Made by a program: the position numbers and the translations under genes
The notes under the pieces: model-generated
What the model was told of the DNA's origin: nothing
What the model saw: the letters and a program-made list of their open reading frames with translations, nothing else
The model's database searches: none
Shown: positions 18,070 to 24,893 of the stretch, piece after piece
Layout: each line of letters opens with the position of its first letter
How positions within the stretch are numbered: position 1 is the first letter of the stretch
Assembly: GCA_964425715.1 (NCBI GenBank)
Contig: CAYRNO010000003.1
Location: 1-62,792 of the forward strand
Length of the DNA stretch: 62,792 bases
From: an uncultured Candidatus Saccharibacteria bacterium
GTDB lineage: Bacteria > Patescibacteriota > Saccharimonadia > CAILAD01 > BJGX01
Direction of reading: 5' to 3'

Positions 18070-18438
18070 GTAGTGATCGACGATGCGGTTGAGGTCGGCG
18101 ACCATCTGCTCGCCGATAATCCCAGACTCCACACCCTGAAGGTATGGGATCGAGTCCGGGTCGGACATGATCTTGGTGAGCTGCTTCACGCTCAGCGGAG
18201 GATCGAAGCACTCCCAGTAGCCGTAGGGGACCAGAGCTGAGAGCTGACGACCCACCTTGGCCAGCACCCTGGGCTTGTTCTGGTATACCTCACCGCGTGC
18301 AACGCGGGTGATGGAGTGCAGAGCCCTGCTCAGCGGGTTGGAGTGACAGACCACCACTTGCTTGCTACGCAGCTCACTCAGAAGCGAGACGGTGAGCAGT
18401 ACCGGCGGTGGCTTGAGTGGTTCCTTCTTTTTGCCCAT
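18061..18438 (-). CDS. high-GC cassette ORF C (125 aa)
   Basis: About 59% GC by hand count with G/C-rich third positions. ATG at 18438 is preceded by an AAGGAA SD. The ORF-track TTG start at 18486 is judged less likely. Confidence 0.6.
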   Translation of the reverse strand: MGKKKEPLKPPPVLLTVSLLSELRSKQVVVCHSNPLSRALHSITRVARGEVYQNKPRVLAKVGRQLSALVPYGYWECFDPPLSVKQLTKIMSDPDSIPYLQGVESGIIGEQMVADLNRIVDHYKD

Positions 18439-18527
18439 GTACTCATTCCTTTCGTAGATAGCACAGGTGGACTTATTAAACCACAATAGTATAAATATAA
18501 CAATATATTATATGATAATATGAGAGT

Positions 18528-18989
18528 ATGTTGATAAGACAAGCCACAATTAATGAACTAAAAGTAGTTCAAGATCTCAATTACAAGCTGTTTGTGCATG
18601 ATTATGGTTATGACCCAGTACTAGATGTTGATTGGCCATATAGCAAAGAAGGTGAAGAATACTTTACTGATAAAGTTAGTGGAAAATCAGGTATTTGTTT
18701 TATTGCTTTAGAAGATGACAAGTTAGTCGGCTATATAGCAGGTAGTATGATGAAGCCAGATTCAACTCGATCAGTTTCGGTTGCTAGCCTAGACAACATG
18801 CTGGTTGAAGAAGAGTACAGAGGTAATGGTATTGGAACTTCACTCCTTGAACATTTCAAAAAGTGGGCAAAGGCAAAAGGAGCAGGAAGTGTTGAAGTGA
18901 GTGCCTATTTCAATAACAAAAAAGCTATTCGGTTTTATCAAAGCGTAGGCTTCAAAAAACTTGCCATAAATCTAGAGAAGAAGATTTAG
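18528..18989 (+). CDS. GNAT-family N-acetyltransferase
   Basis: 153 aa. EEEYRGNGIGTSLL acetyl-CoA binding motif. Confidence 0.85.
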   Translation: MLIRQATINELKVVQDLNYKLFVHDYGYDPVLDVDWPYSKEGEEYFTDKVSGKSGICFIALEDDKLVGYIAGSMMKPDSTRSVSVASLDNMLVEEEYRGNGIGTSLLEHFKKWAKAKGAGSVEVSAYFNNKKAIRFYQSVGFKKLAINLEKKI

Positions 18990-19609
18990 TACTTACGAAT
19001 AAGACCAATTATTACGCCTTGGATCTTCAGAGGAGTATCTGCATCTACATAGATAGGTTCCATACTAGAGTTGGCAGGCTGCAAACGTATCCGTCGAGCT
19101 TCTTTGTAATATCGCTTCAGAGTTGCTTCAGAGTTGTTGATAAGGGCGACTACGATCTCGCCATTGCTAGGTGTTTCTTTTTCTTGTACCACCACGTAAT
19201 CTCCGCTGTTGATGCCGTCTTCTATCATACTGTCACCTTTGACCTGTAGTACGTAGGAGTTCTTGCTGCCCACCATAAATGCGGGGACTTCTAGAGTCTC
19301 TTTGTGCCCAGTGATAGTCTCTATAGGACTACCAGCAGCAATAAGACCGAGAATAGGCAATCCCACCATAGGCTTCTTCATCTCTTCCTGTAGCTCTTCT
19401 ACGGGCATGAGAGAGCGTGCAGAGTTGTTGCCCTTGGCCAACAGTCCTTTGGCGACTAGAGTATCGATGTGTTGAGCTACAGTAGCAACAGAGTTGAGCT
19501 TGAGGCCATTGGCTATTTCACGATAACTTGGTGAGTATCCGCGCTGTTCTATAAAAGTAGATATATAGTCTAGTGTTTTTCGTTGTTTCTTAGTGAGTGC
19601 TTGTTTCAT
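18986..19609 (-). CDS. lexA: LexA repressor
   Basis: 207 aa. N-terminal wHTH. AAG cleavage-site region, VKGDSM Ser and a downstream Lys of the S24 peptidase domain. Confidence 0.9.
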   Translation of the reverse strand: MKQALTKKQRKTLDYISTFIEQRGYSPSYREIANGLKLNSVATVAQHIDTLVAKGLLAKGNNSARSLMPVEELQEEMKKPMVGLPILGLIAAGSPIETITGHKETLEVPAFMVGSKNSYVLQVKGDSMIEDGINSGDYVVVQEKETPSNGEIVVALINNSEATLKRYYKEARRIRLQPANSSMEPIYVDADTPLKIQGVIIGLIRKY

Positions 19610-19634
19610 TTTTCCTCCGATTTACTTATTAATC

Positions 19635-19664
19635 ATTATAACGAACAGTATGCGAACATGTCAA
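19635..19664 (-). promoter_or_regulatory. lexA promoter with candidate SOS operator in the spacer
   Basis: Minus strand reads TTGACA-tGTTCgcatactGTTCgt-TATAAT. Consensus -35 and -10 with an 18-nt spacer. Direct repeat GTTC-N7-GTTC (plus strand GAAC at 19643-19646 and 19654-19657). GGAGG SD before the ATG. Confidence 0.65.
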
Positions 19665-19865
19665 CTATTTTTGAGGATAGTTTTTATGTTTATATTTACA
19701 CCTAGGCTTATTGCAAATCAAGCAATATTACAACAGGTGTAGTCAAGGTCATGGATAAAATGCCAATCTGTAAAATCAACAAAAGTCGATTACACCTATT
19801 GACAATGATTTCTACCTCTAATAACCTAGAGTTCAGAAGTATTAATAACGAGGAGGAAAAATTAA

Positions 19866-20069
19866 ATGGCATTTGAACAAGTAAACTCAAAAGGTCAAAC
19901 ATATTATTTACACCAGCGTGAAGTAACGCTAAAAGGCGGAAGATTACAAAACATCTTCTTCTTTGCAAAAGAAATCAAAGACGGTGCTATCGATGAATTA
20001 CCAGAAGGATACGAAGTGATCGAAAACACACGTACTGGTTTGCCAATCTTGAAAAAGTCAAACAAGTAA
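19866..20069 (+). CDS. small conserved-looking hypothetical protein (67 aa)
   Basis: Strong GAGGAGG SD, terminator downstream, divergent from lexA. Confidence 0.65.
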   Translation: MAFEQVNSKGQTYYLHQREVTLKGGRLQNIFFFAKEIKDGAIDELPEGYEVIENTRTGLPILKKSNK

Positions 20070-20088
20070 ATAAGTAAGTGTTTATCGC

Positions 20089-20113
20089 AAGAGCGCCTTC
20101 GAGGCGCTTTTTG
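20089..20113 (+). terminator. intrinsic terminator
   Basis: AAGAGCGCCT-tcg-AGGCGCTTTTT. Confidence 0.75.
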
Positions 20114-20182
20114 CGTTTCACAAAAAAATAAGTTATTATTATCAGGTTAGAGAAGTCAATATGACTTCCTTGACGATGATAC

Positions 20183-20258
20183 GGGCCTGTAGCTCAGTGG
20201 TTAGAGCAGTCGGCTCATAACCGATTGGTCGTAGGTTCAATTCCTACCAGGCCCACCA
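20183..20258 (+). tRNA. tRNA with CAU anticodon (elongator Met or Ile2/lysidine), CCA encoded
   Basis: Hand-folded cloverleaf. Acceptor GGGCCTG/CAGGCCC, anticodon loop CTCATAA, T-loop GGTTCAATTCC. Confidence 0.85.
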
Positions 20259-20269
20259 GAATGATTGAA

Positions 20270-20303
20270 AAAGACCTTTAAAGGTCTTTTTTGCTATGAT
20301 AGA
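20270..20303. repeat. direct repeat copy 1 (terminator hairpin plus 12 nt)
   Basis: AAAGACCTTTAAAGGTCTTTTTTGCTATGATAGA. 30/34 identical to 20942-20975. Confidence 0.8.
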
Positions 20304-20306
20304 GAA

Positions 20307-20783
20307 ATGAATTATAAACTTATTATTCTTGCCCCATCTTGTGGCGGTAAATCATCTCTGATGCGTTATCTTCGTGAACATACTGATTTACATATTGCAG
20401 AGACCGATGAAGAGGTAATGAAGGCTAACAATGATGTGTGGCCTAACGATGAATTAAAAAACAAAGTTCTTGTACCAAAAACTACCAATGAAATCATTAC
20501 GAGAGAGCATGTCATTTACTTTGCAAGTTACATTCCAACCGAACTATTACAAAAAGCAAAAGATAAAGGGTTCAAGATTATTGTTTTAGAAACACCACTT
20601 AGTGTTCTAAGAGAGAGGAATGAAAAGAGAATAAAAGAGGAGGGGTATGATGATGTTTCGCAATGGTTTGAAGGTCAGCTAGATAATTATGAGGATTTAG
20701 TTAAAGACCATATAGTCGACAAAACAATCAATGGCAACCAAGCTGTTGAGAAGGTTGTTGCAGAAATTAAAAACTTAATATGA
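20307..20783 (+). CDS. P-loop NTPase / nucleoside(-monophosphate) kinase-like protein
   Basis: 158 aa from the ATG at 20307. Walker A APSCGGKSS. The ORF-track TTG start at 20265 lies inside the tRNA terminator hairpin. Confidence 0.6.
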   Translation: MNYKLIILAPSCGGKSSLMRYLREHTDLHIAETDEEVMKANNDVWPNDELKNKVLVPKTTNEIITREHVIYFASYIPTELLQKAKDKGFKIIVLETPLSVLRERNEKRIKEEGYDDVSQWFEGQLDNYEDLVKDHIVDKTINGNQAVEKVVAEIKNLI

Positions 20784-20941
20784 TTGCGGTTTTCACCTAT
20801 AACATTACGCAAAGTAGTAGTTCCAATCAAACACGGTAGAGTACCGTATCTTGCTCATGCATCTTCAGGTGAAATTCAACCAGGTCTTTCTTGAATTGGT
20901 TCCAAATTTCAAGTGAGAGGCTACCATAGAACTTATACTTT

Positions 20942-20975
20942 AAAGACCTAGATAGGTCTTTTTTGATATGATAGA
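20942..20975. repeat. direct repeat copy 2 (terminator hairpin plus 12 nt)
   Basis: AAAGACCTAGATAGGTCTTTTTTGATATGATAGA. Confidence 0.8.
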
Positions 20976-21720
20976 TTTTATGAAACCAACTATAGAAACC
21001 TTTGCAAAAGAAAATAACTTACCGATATTGAACCAAGGATCTCAATTTCCAGATTATTTTGCTACCCATGCAATAGAACCAACATTTGATCTTACTTCTA
21101 CAGAGTTGAAAAGCTCCGATGAACTCAAACACGCCAATTTAACAACAAATATCGATAAGCTGCTTGGCACTACTAATAATGTATTCTTTGCACTTGGCAA
21201 AGGCTATCTAAAGAGTAAACATTCTATAGGCCTCATATATGACCCATTTATTATTGCAGGGTCCGTTGGCGCAACAATGGTTCTAAATGACTTAATGTAC
21301 ATTCTCAACGATACCCAGCTACTGCAAATTTTTTGCAATAAACACAATCAAGAAATTAAGAAAATCATGGATCGTAAATTTTCAGTAGAAGAACAAGAAA
21401 GATTCTGGCAAGCAGTAAATAAAGGAGAATCTCTGTTGATCGGGGATGAACCTAGCTCACCAGCGCATGTTTTTGATAGTCTATTAGTTTGGTTACCTAT
21501 CGAGCTAAAAGGAGAATTGAGTATGCAGCTAAAAACTGATGTTGTAAATCCGAATGTTATTACAAATAACCTAGAGCAAGTAATAAAGGATGTTTTTATA
21601 GAAAACGGTCGATTGATGGATTCTTTTTTAGATAAATCCACAGAAGAAAGGGTGGTTGAGATTCAGGTACCAACTTCTTATCCAATAAAAAAAGGTCTGC
21701 TCGCTGTTTATGTAACCTAA
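20968..21720 (+). CDS. hypothetical protein (250 aa)
   Basis: Long ORF with no motif recognised. The first ATG lies inside the repeat, so the real start may be 20980. Confidence 0.5.
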   Translation: MIDFMKPTIETFAKENNLPILNQGSQFPDYFATHAIEPTFDLTSTELKSSDELKHANLTTNIDKLLGTTNNVFFALGKGYLKSKHSIGLIYDPFIIAGSVGATMVLNDLMYILNDTQLLQIFCNKHNQEIKKIMDRKFSVEEQERFWQAVNKGESLLIGDEPSSPAHVFDSLLVWLPIELKGELSMQLKTDVVNPNVITNNLEQVIKDVFIENGRLMDSFLDKSTEERVVEIQVPTSYPIKKGLLAVYVT

Positions 21721-21750
21721 GATACGCTATTCATATAAGGATTAGAACTA

Positions 21751-22056
21751 TTAATTGTTTAGCTGATTGATTTGCTGCTGTATAGAGGCAGTGGTACTTG
21801 CCGTATCGTTGTCTGAGCTTGAGAAATTGGTCTGATGTGTCCTATATCGCATCTCATTGATCTTGGCCTGAAGCTTAGCGGTGTCTTGTACGGCACGACT
21901 ACTATTGGGGTCTCTGGTGATAACCTTCCGCCTGGTGGCAGGTGGTGGAGTGTGTTGGCGCAGGTATGCGCTCTGCGCAGGCGTGGTGATACTATACTCG
22001 GTGACTTCACCCAGTGGCTTGTGTGCAATAAATTTTTGTATCCTACTCTTTGGCAT
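21751..22056 (-). CDS. hypothetical protein (101 aa)
   Basis: ORF with mid-40s GC. Shadow ORFs in other frames make the frame choice uncertain. Confidence 0.4.
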   Translation of the reverse strand: MPKSRIQKFIAHKPLGEVTEYSITTPAQSAYLRQHTPPPATRRKVITRDPNSSRAVQDTAKLQAKINEMRYRTHQTNFSSSDNDTASTTASIQQQINQLNN

Positions 22057-22070
22057 ATAGACCTACTTGT

Positions 22071-22613
22071 TTAAAAAGCCGAAAGTGCACTAGCAACATG
22101 GCTGAAGAATGGACCGACTAGCAACACTAGTAACAATATCGCAGCTGCATAAGCTATCACTAGCTTCCAGCTATCACTGCTTTGCTTGAGTCCATCGATC
22201 TTCTTGGGTGCATTGTATTGATGCAGTAATGCTCGGGTACGTATTTGCTGAATTCTCTTCTGTGTCTCTAGCTCTGATTGATAGCGAAGTGTTTGTGAGG
22301 TTATTGCAGCGTTTTCGTCGACTACACTCTCTGGCATTGGTATCTTGACCATATTGTCTTCGCGACTGACGATATTCGGCCTGATAGAGACCATATCAGC
22401 ATCATCCACAAAGATACCTGTGGTATAAACATCTATCCTTGAGTTACCATTATCAGAATGGTTCTCATCTCGCTTAGTAGACTTGTTGAATTTACTGATA
22501 TCCACTGCCTTTGTACTAGTAGAGCTATGGTGCATAACTCTATTGTATTTTTTTGGTATAGATTTTACAACAAGCATAAGCTTATAAAAGTATCTGAATA
22601 AGGCAATGTTCAA
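22071..22613 (-). CDS. hypothetical C-terminally membrane-anchored protein
   Basis: 180 aa, or 154 aa if translation starts at the ATG at 22535. C-terminal TM helix. Confidence 0.5.
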   Translation of the reverse strand: MNIALFRYFYKLMLVVKSIPKKYNRVMHHSSTSTKAVDISKFNKSTKRDENHSDNGNSRIDVYTTGIFVDDADMVSIRPNIVSREDNMVKIPMPESVVDENAAITSQTLRYQSELETQKRIQQIRTRALLHQYNAPKKIDGLKQSSDSWKLVIAYAAAILLLVLLVGPFFSHVASALSAF

Positions 22614-22669
22614 TCACGGTGAGTATAAATTGGTAAATTAACTGCATTATAAGTAAAATATATACTTGT

Positions 22670-23929
22670 ATGACCAAAAACAATCCAGTACAAGACAAAT
22701 ACACATATCTAGTGGACTCCAAAACTAAGCTCATAGTGTTTAGCGATATCCATCTTGGCGCCAAAAAAACCAAAGCTAGTGCCAATGTAGACAATGAGAT
22801 ATCCAAACAGATAGACTCGCTCAACCAAGAACCAAGTGCCATTGTGGTACTCAATGGAGATATCTTTGAATTGTGGGCCGGTGAGAAGCCGACAGTTCAG
22901 AAGGCCGTAAAGGCTCACCAGAAATTTGCCAATAGTCTTATAGCTCTGTCGAAAAACCCCAAAAACAAAATAGTATTCGTGGTGGGCAATCACGATGGTG
23001 CTTTGGGATGGGATGAATCCCAACAACAATATCTTTTAAAAACATTCAAAGCCAATATATGCTTTGCGTTTGAGCTCAACGTCAAAACCAAGGACGGAAC
23101 CAAATCAGTACTATTTGAGCATGGGCATATGCTCGATCCTGAAAATGCCTTTGAAGATCCGCGCGACCCACACGACAAACCTTTTGGTCAGTATTTGGTA
23201 CAAAAAGCTTTACCGATGGTAATCCAATCTCAAGGCAAGCTAATATCTGGTATCAGCCATCTAGCTGAGCCTCATCAGTTTCCGAAGTTTGTTGCTTCTA
23301 GAGTGTTTTATAGAGAACTACTCAGTAAGTCCTGGTGGCTGCTGATACCCATAGTGATTACTCTGATATTGCGTTTGATAGTCGGCTACGACATATATAT
23401 TGCTACTGGACTCTCACCAGCTGATACCTCGCGTATACTTTTCTTTACAGAAGTTGCAGTGTTTTTTACTGTATTAGGATTCTTTGTGGCTATTGTCTTC
23501 ATACTATTCCAGCTACTCTCACGTGCCAAGACAGTCCCTTCCAATTTCGGACCAGATGGTCATCACAATGCTCTAGCTCGCCAAAAAGCCCAGGACCTTA
23601 TCAGCTTTGATAAAAATATCGGCTACATCACCGGACATACTCACCGAGCAGAGATCAGAAAGCTACAAAATGGGTTCTATGCCAACACCGGCTGTGGTGT
23701 AGAAATGGTAGAGAGTACTAAGACTCACCTCAAGCTACCCAAGACCTATGTGAGCAGAGTGCATCTTCACTGGCTCGAGATAGATATAGACAAATCCAAT
23801 CTTCATATCAACCATTGGCAGATGATAACAACTGTAGACAACCAAACTTTGCTAGAGAAGATAGCTACCAAGAAATCCAAGAAAAGCAGTCCATTAGAGA
23901 TACAAAAACAATTGTCAGTAGATCTCTAA
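22670..23929 (+). CDS. membrane-embedded calcineurin-like metallophosphoesterase
   Basis: 419 aa. Motifs SDIHLG, NGDIFELW, VGNHDG, EHGH and GHTHRAE. About 75 aa of TM helices are inserted between the last two motifs. Confidence 0.8.
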   Translation: MTKNNPVQDKYTYLVDSKTKLIVFSDIHLGAKKTKASANVDNEISKQIDSLNQEPSAIVVLNGDIFELWAGEKPTVQKAVKAHQKFANSLIALSKNPKNKIVFVVGNHDGALGWDESQQQYLLKTFKANICFAFELNVKTKDGTKSVLFEHGHMLDPENAFEDPRDPHDKPFGQYLVQKALPMVIQSQGKLISGISHLAEPHQFPKFVASRVFYRELLSKSWWLLIPIVITLILRLIVGYDIYIATGLSPADTSRILFFTEVAVFFTVLGFFVAIVFILFQLLSRAKTVPSNFGPDGHHNALARQKAQDLISFDKNIGYITGHTHRAEIRKLQNGFYANTGCGVEMVESTKTHLKLPKTYVSRVHLHWLEIDIDKSNLHINHWQMITTVDNQTLLEKIATKKSKKSSPLEIQKQLSVDL

Positions 23930-23965
23930 AGCCTTAGCTATATCGGCTATGGTAATATATAGATT

Positions 23966-24358
23966 ATGCGAAAGGTATTTAATTTCTCAAAAACAGCTTT
24001 CTGGGTAGGACTGATATTCATCCTATATATGTTTGCTATTCTTACCAACGAGACGGGCAAGAATTATCAGCTCCGATCTAAGTCAGATGAGTTAGAGCAA
24101 GAGATAGCACAAATGCAATCTCAGATAGAGGAGCTTGGCTACAAAGTTACCTATTATAGGACTGAGAGCTACCAAGATAGACTAGCAAGAGAGAAGCTTG
24201 GTTTGCAAAAACCTGGTGAGTCAGTAGTAATAGTCAAGAAAGACAACAATCAAACCTTTGAAGTACCAGCTGAGAATATCAAGTTGCAAGACAAAGATGA
24301 ATACGAGCTATCTAAGTCTCACTGGCAACAATGGCGTGAATTCTTGTTTGGTAGTTGA
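23966..24358 (+). CDS. septum formation initiator (FtsB/DivIC family)
   Basis: 130 aa. TM helix, then coiled coil, then the YQDRLAREKLGLQKPGE motif. Confidence 0.8.
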   Translation: MRKVFNFSKTAFWVGLIFILYMFAILTNETGKNYQLRSKSDELEQEIAQMQSQIEELGYKVTYYRTESYQDRLAREKLGLQKPGESVVIVKKDNNQTFEVPAENIKLQDKDEYELSKSHWQQWREFLFGS

Positions 24359-24386
24359 TGAAATTGGTTGTATACAAAATATAGAC

Positions 24387-24415
24387 TTGAAAAATTGTCT
24401 TATTTGAGCTATAAT
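24387..24415 (+). promoter_or_regulatory. near-consensus sigma70 promoter upstream of tRNA-fMet
   Basis: TTGAAA, 17 nt, TATAAT. Confidence 0.65.
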
Positions 24416-24563
24416 TTCCAAGTATCACCAGCATTCCATTAGCCAAAAAAGAATCCGAATGAACAACGTGAATGTTTCTTTTTTGGAAGAGGAGAGTGAC
24501 TTGTGAAAAGCGAAAGAAATATCTATCTAGCTATTTCTGAAGCTGATAGTAATCACTTGACGC

Positions 24564-24638
24564 CGCGGGGTAGAGCAGTGGCAGCTCGTCAGGCTCATAA
24601 CCTGGAGGTCGTAGGTTCGAATCCTACCCCCGCTACCA
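24564..24638 (+). tRNA. initiator tRNA-fMet (CAU), CCA encoded
   Basis: CGCGGGG 5-prime end with a C1 x U72 mismatch. Anticodon loop CTCATAA. T-loop GGTTCGAATCC. Confidence 0.8.
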
Positions 24639-24642
24639 AGAT

Positions 24643-24668
24643 AAAAGCACAACTACGGTTGTGCTTTT
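24643..24668 (+). terminator. intrinsic terminator after tRNA-fMet
   Basis: AAAAGCACAAC-tacg-GTTGTGCTTTT. Confidence 0.75.
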
Positions 24669-24788
24669 ATCTTGAATAATGTGTGTAGTTCGAAACCCAA
24701 AGGTTCGGTGGAGTAAACCGCGCAGTGTCAAAAGCAAATTGATTTGCGCTTTGACCAAGCACTTTACGGAAGTTTGATTTACCAAACC

Positions 24789-24807
24789 ATCCTACCCCCG
24801 CTACCAA
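24789..24807 (+). repeat. 19-nt perfect duplicate of the tRNA-fMet 3-prime end
   Basis: ATCCTACCCCCGCTACCAA occurs at 24621-24639 (inside the tRNA) and again here. Confidence 0.9.
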
Positions 24808-24846
24808 AACAAGTTCCCAACTTTTATAGTTGGGATTTTGTTTTTA
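24806..24846 (+). terminator. intrinsic terminator after the duplicated tRNA end
   Basis: AAAACAAGTTCCCAAC-loop-GTTGGGATTTTGTTTT. Confidence 0.65.
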
Positions 24847-24893
24847 TTTAACTAAGAGAATCCTTATAAAATAAGTTTGCTATAATAGCTCTT

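Noticed and set aside
20265-20306. The ORF-track TTG start for the P-loop protein.
   Set aside because: The first 14 codons coincide with the tRNA terminator hairpin (AAAGACC...GGTCTTTTTT). The ATG at 20307 gives a protein that starts just before the Walker A motif.
24640-24807. A tmRNA or a second tRNA gene between the duplicated tRNA-fMet ends.
   Set aside because: There is no matching 5-prime acceptor strand, no full T-arm next to the duplicated end, and no tag-ORF-like region. The simplest reading is a partial duplication or scar.
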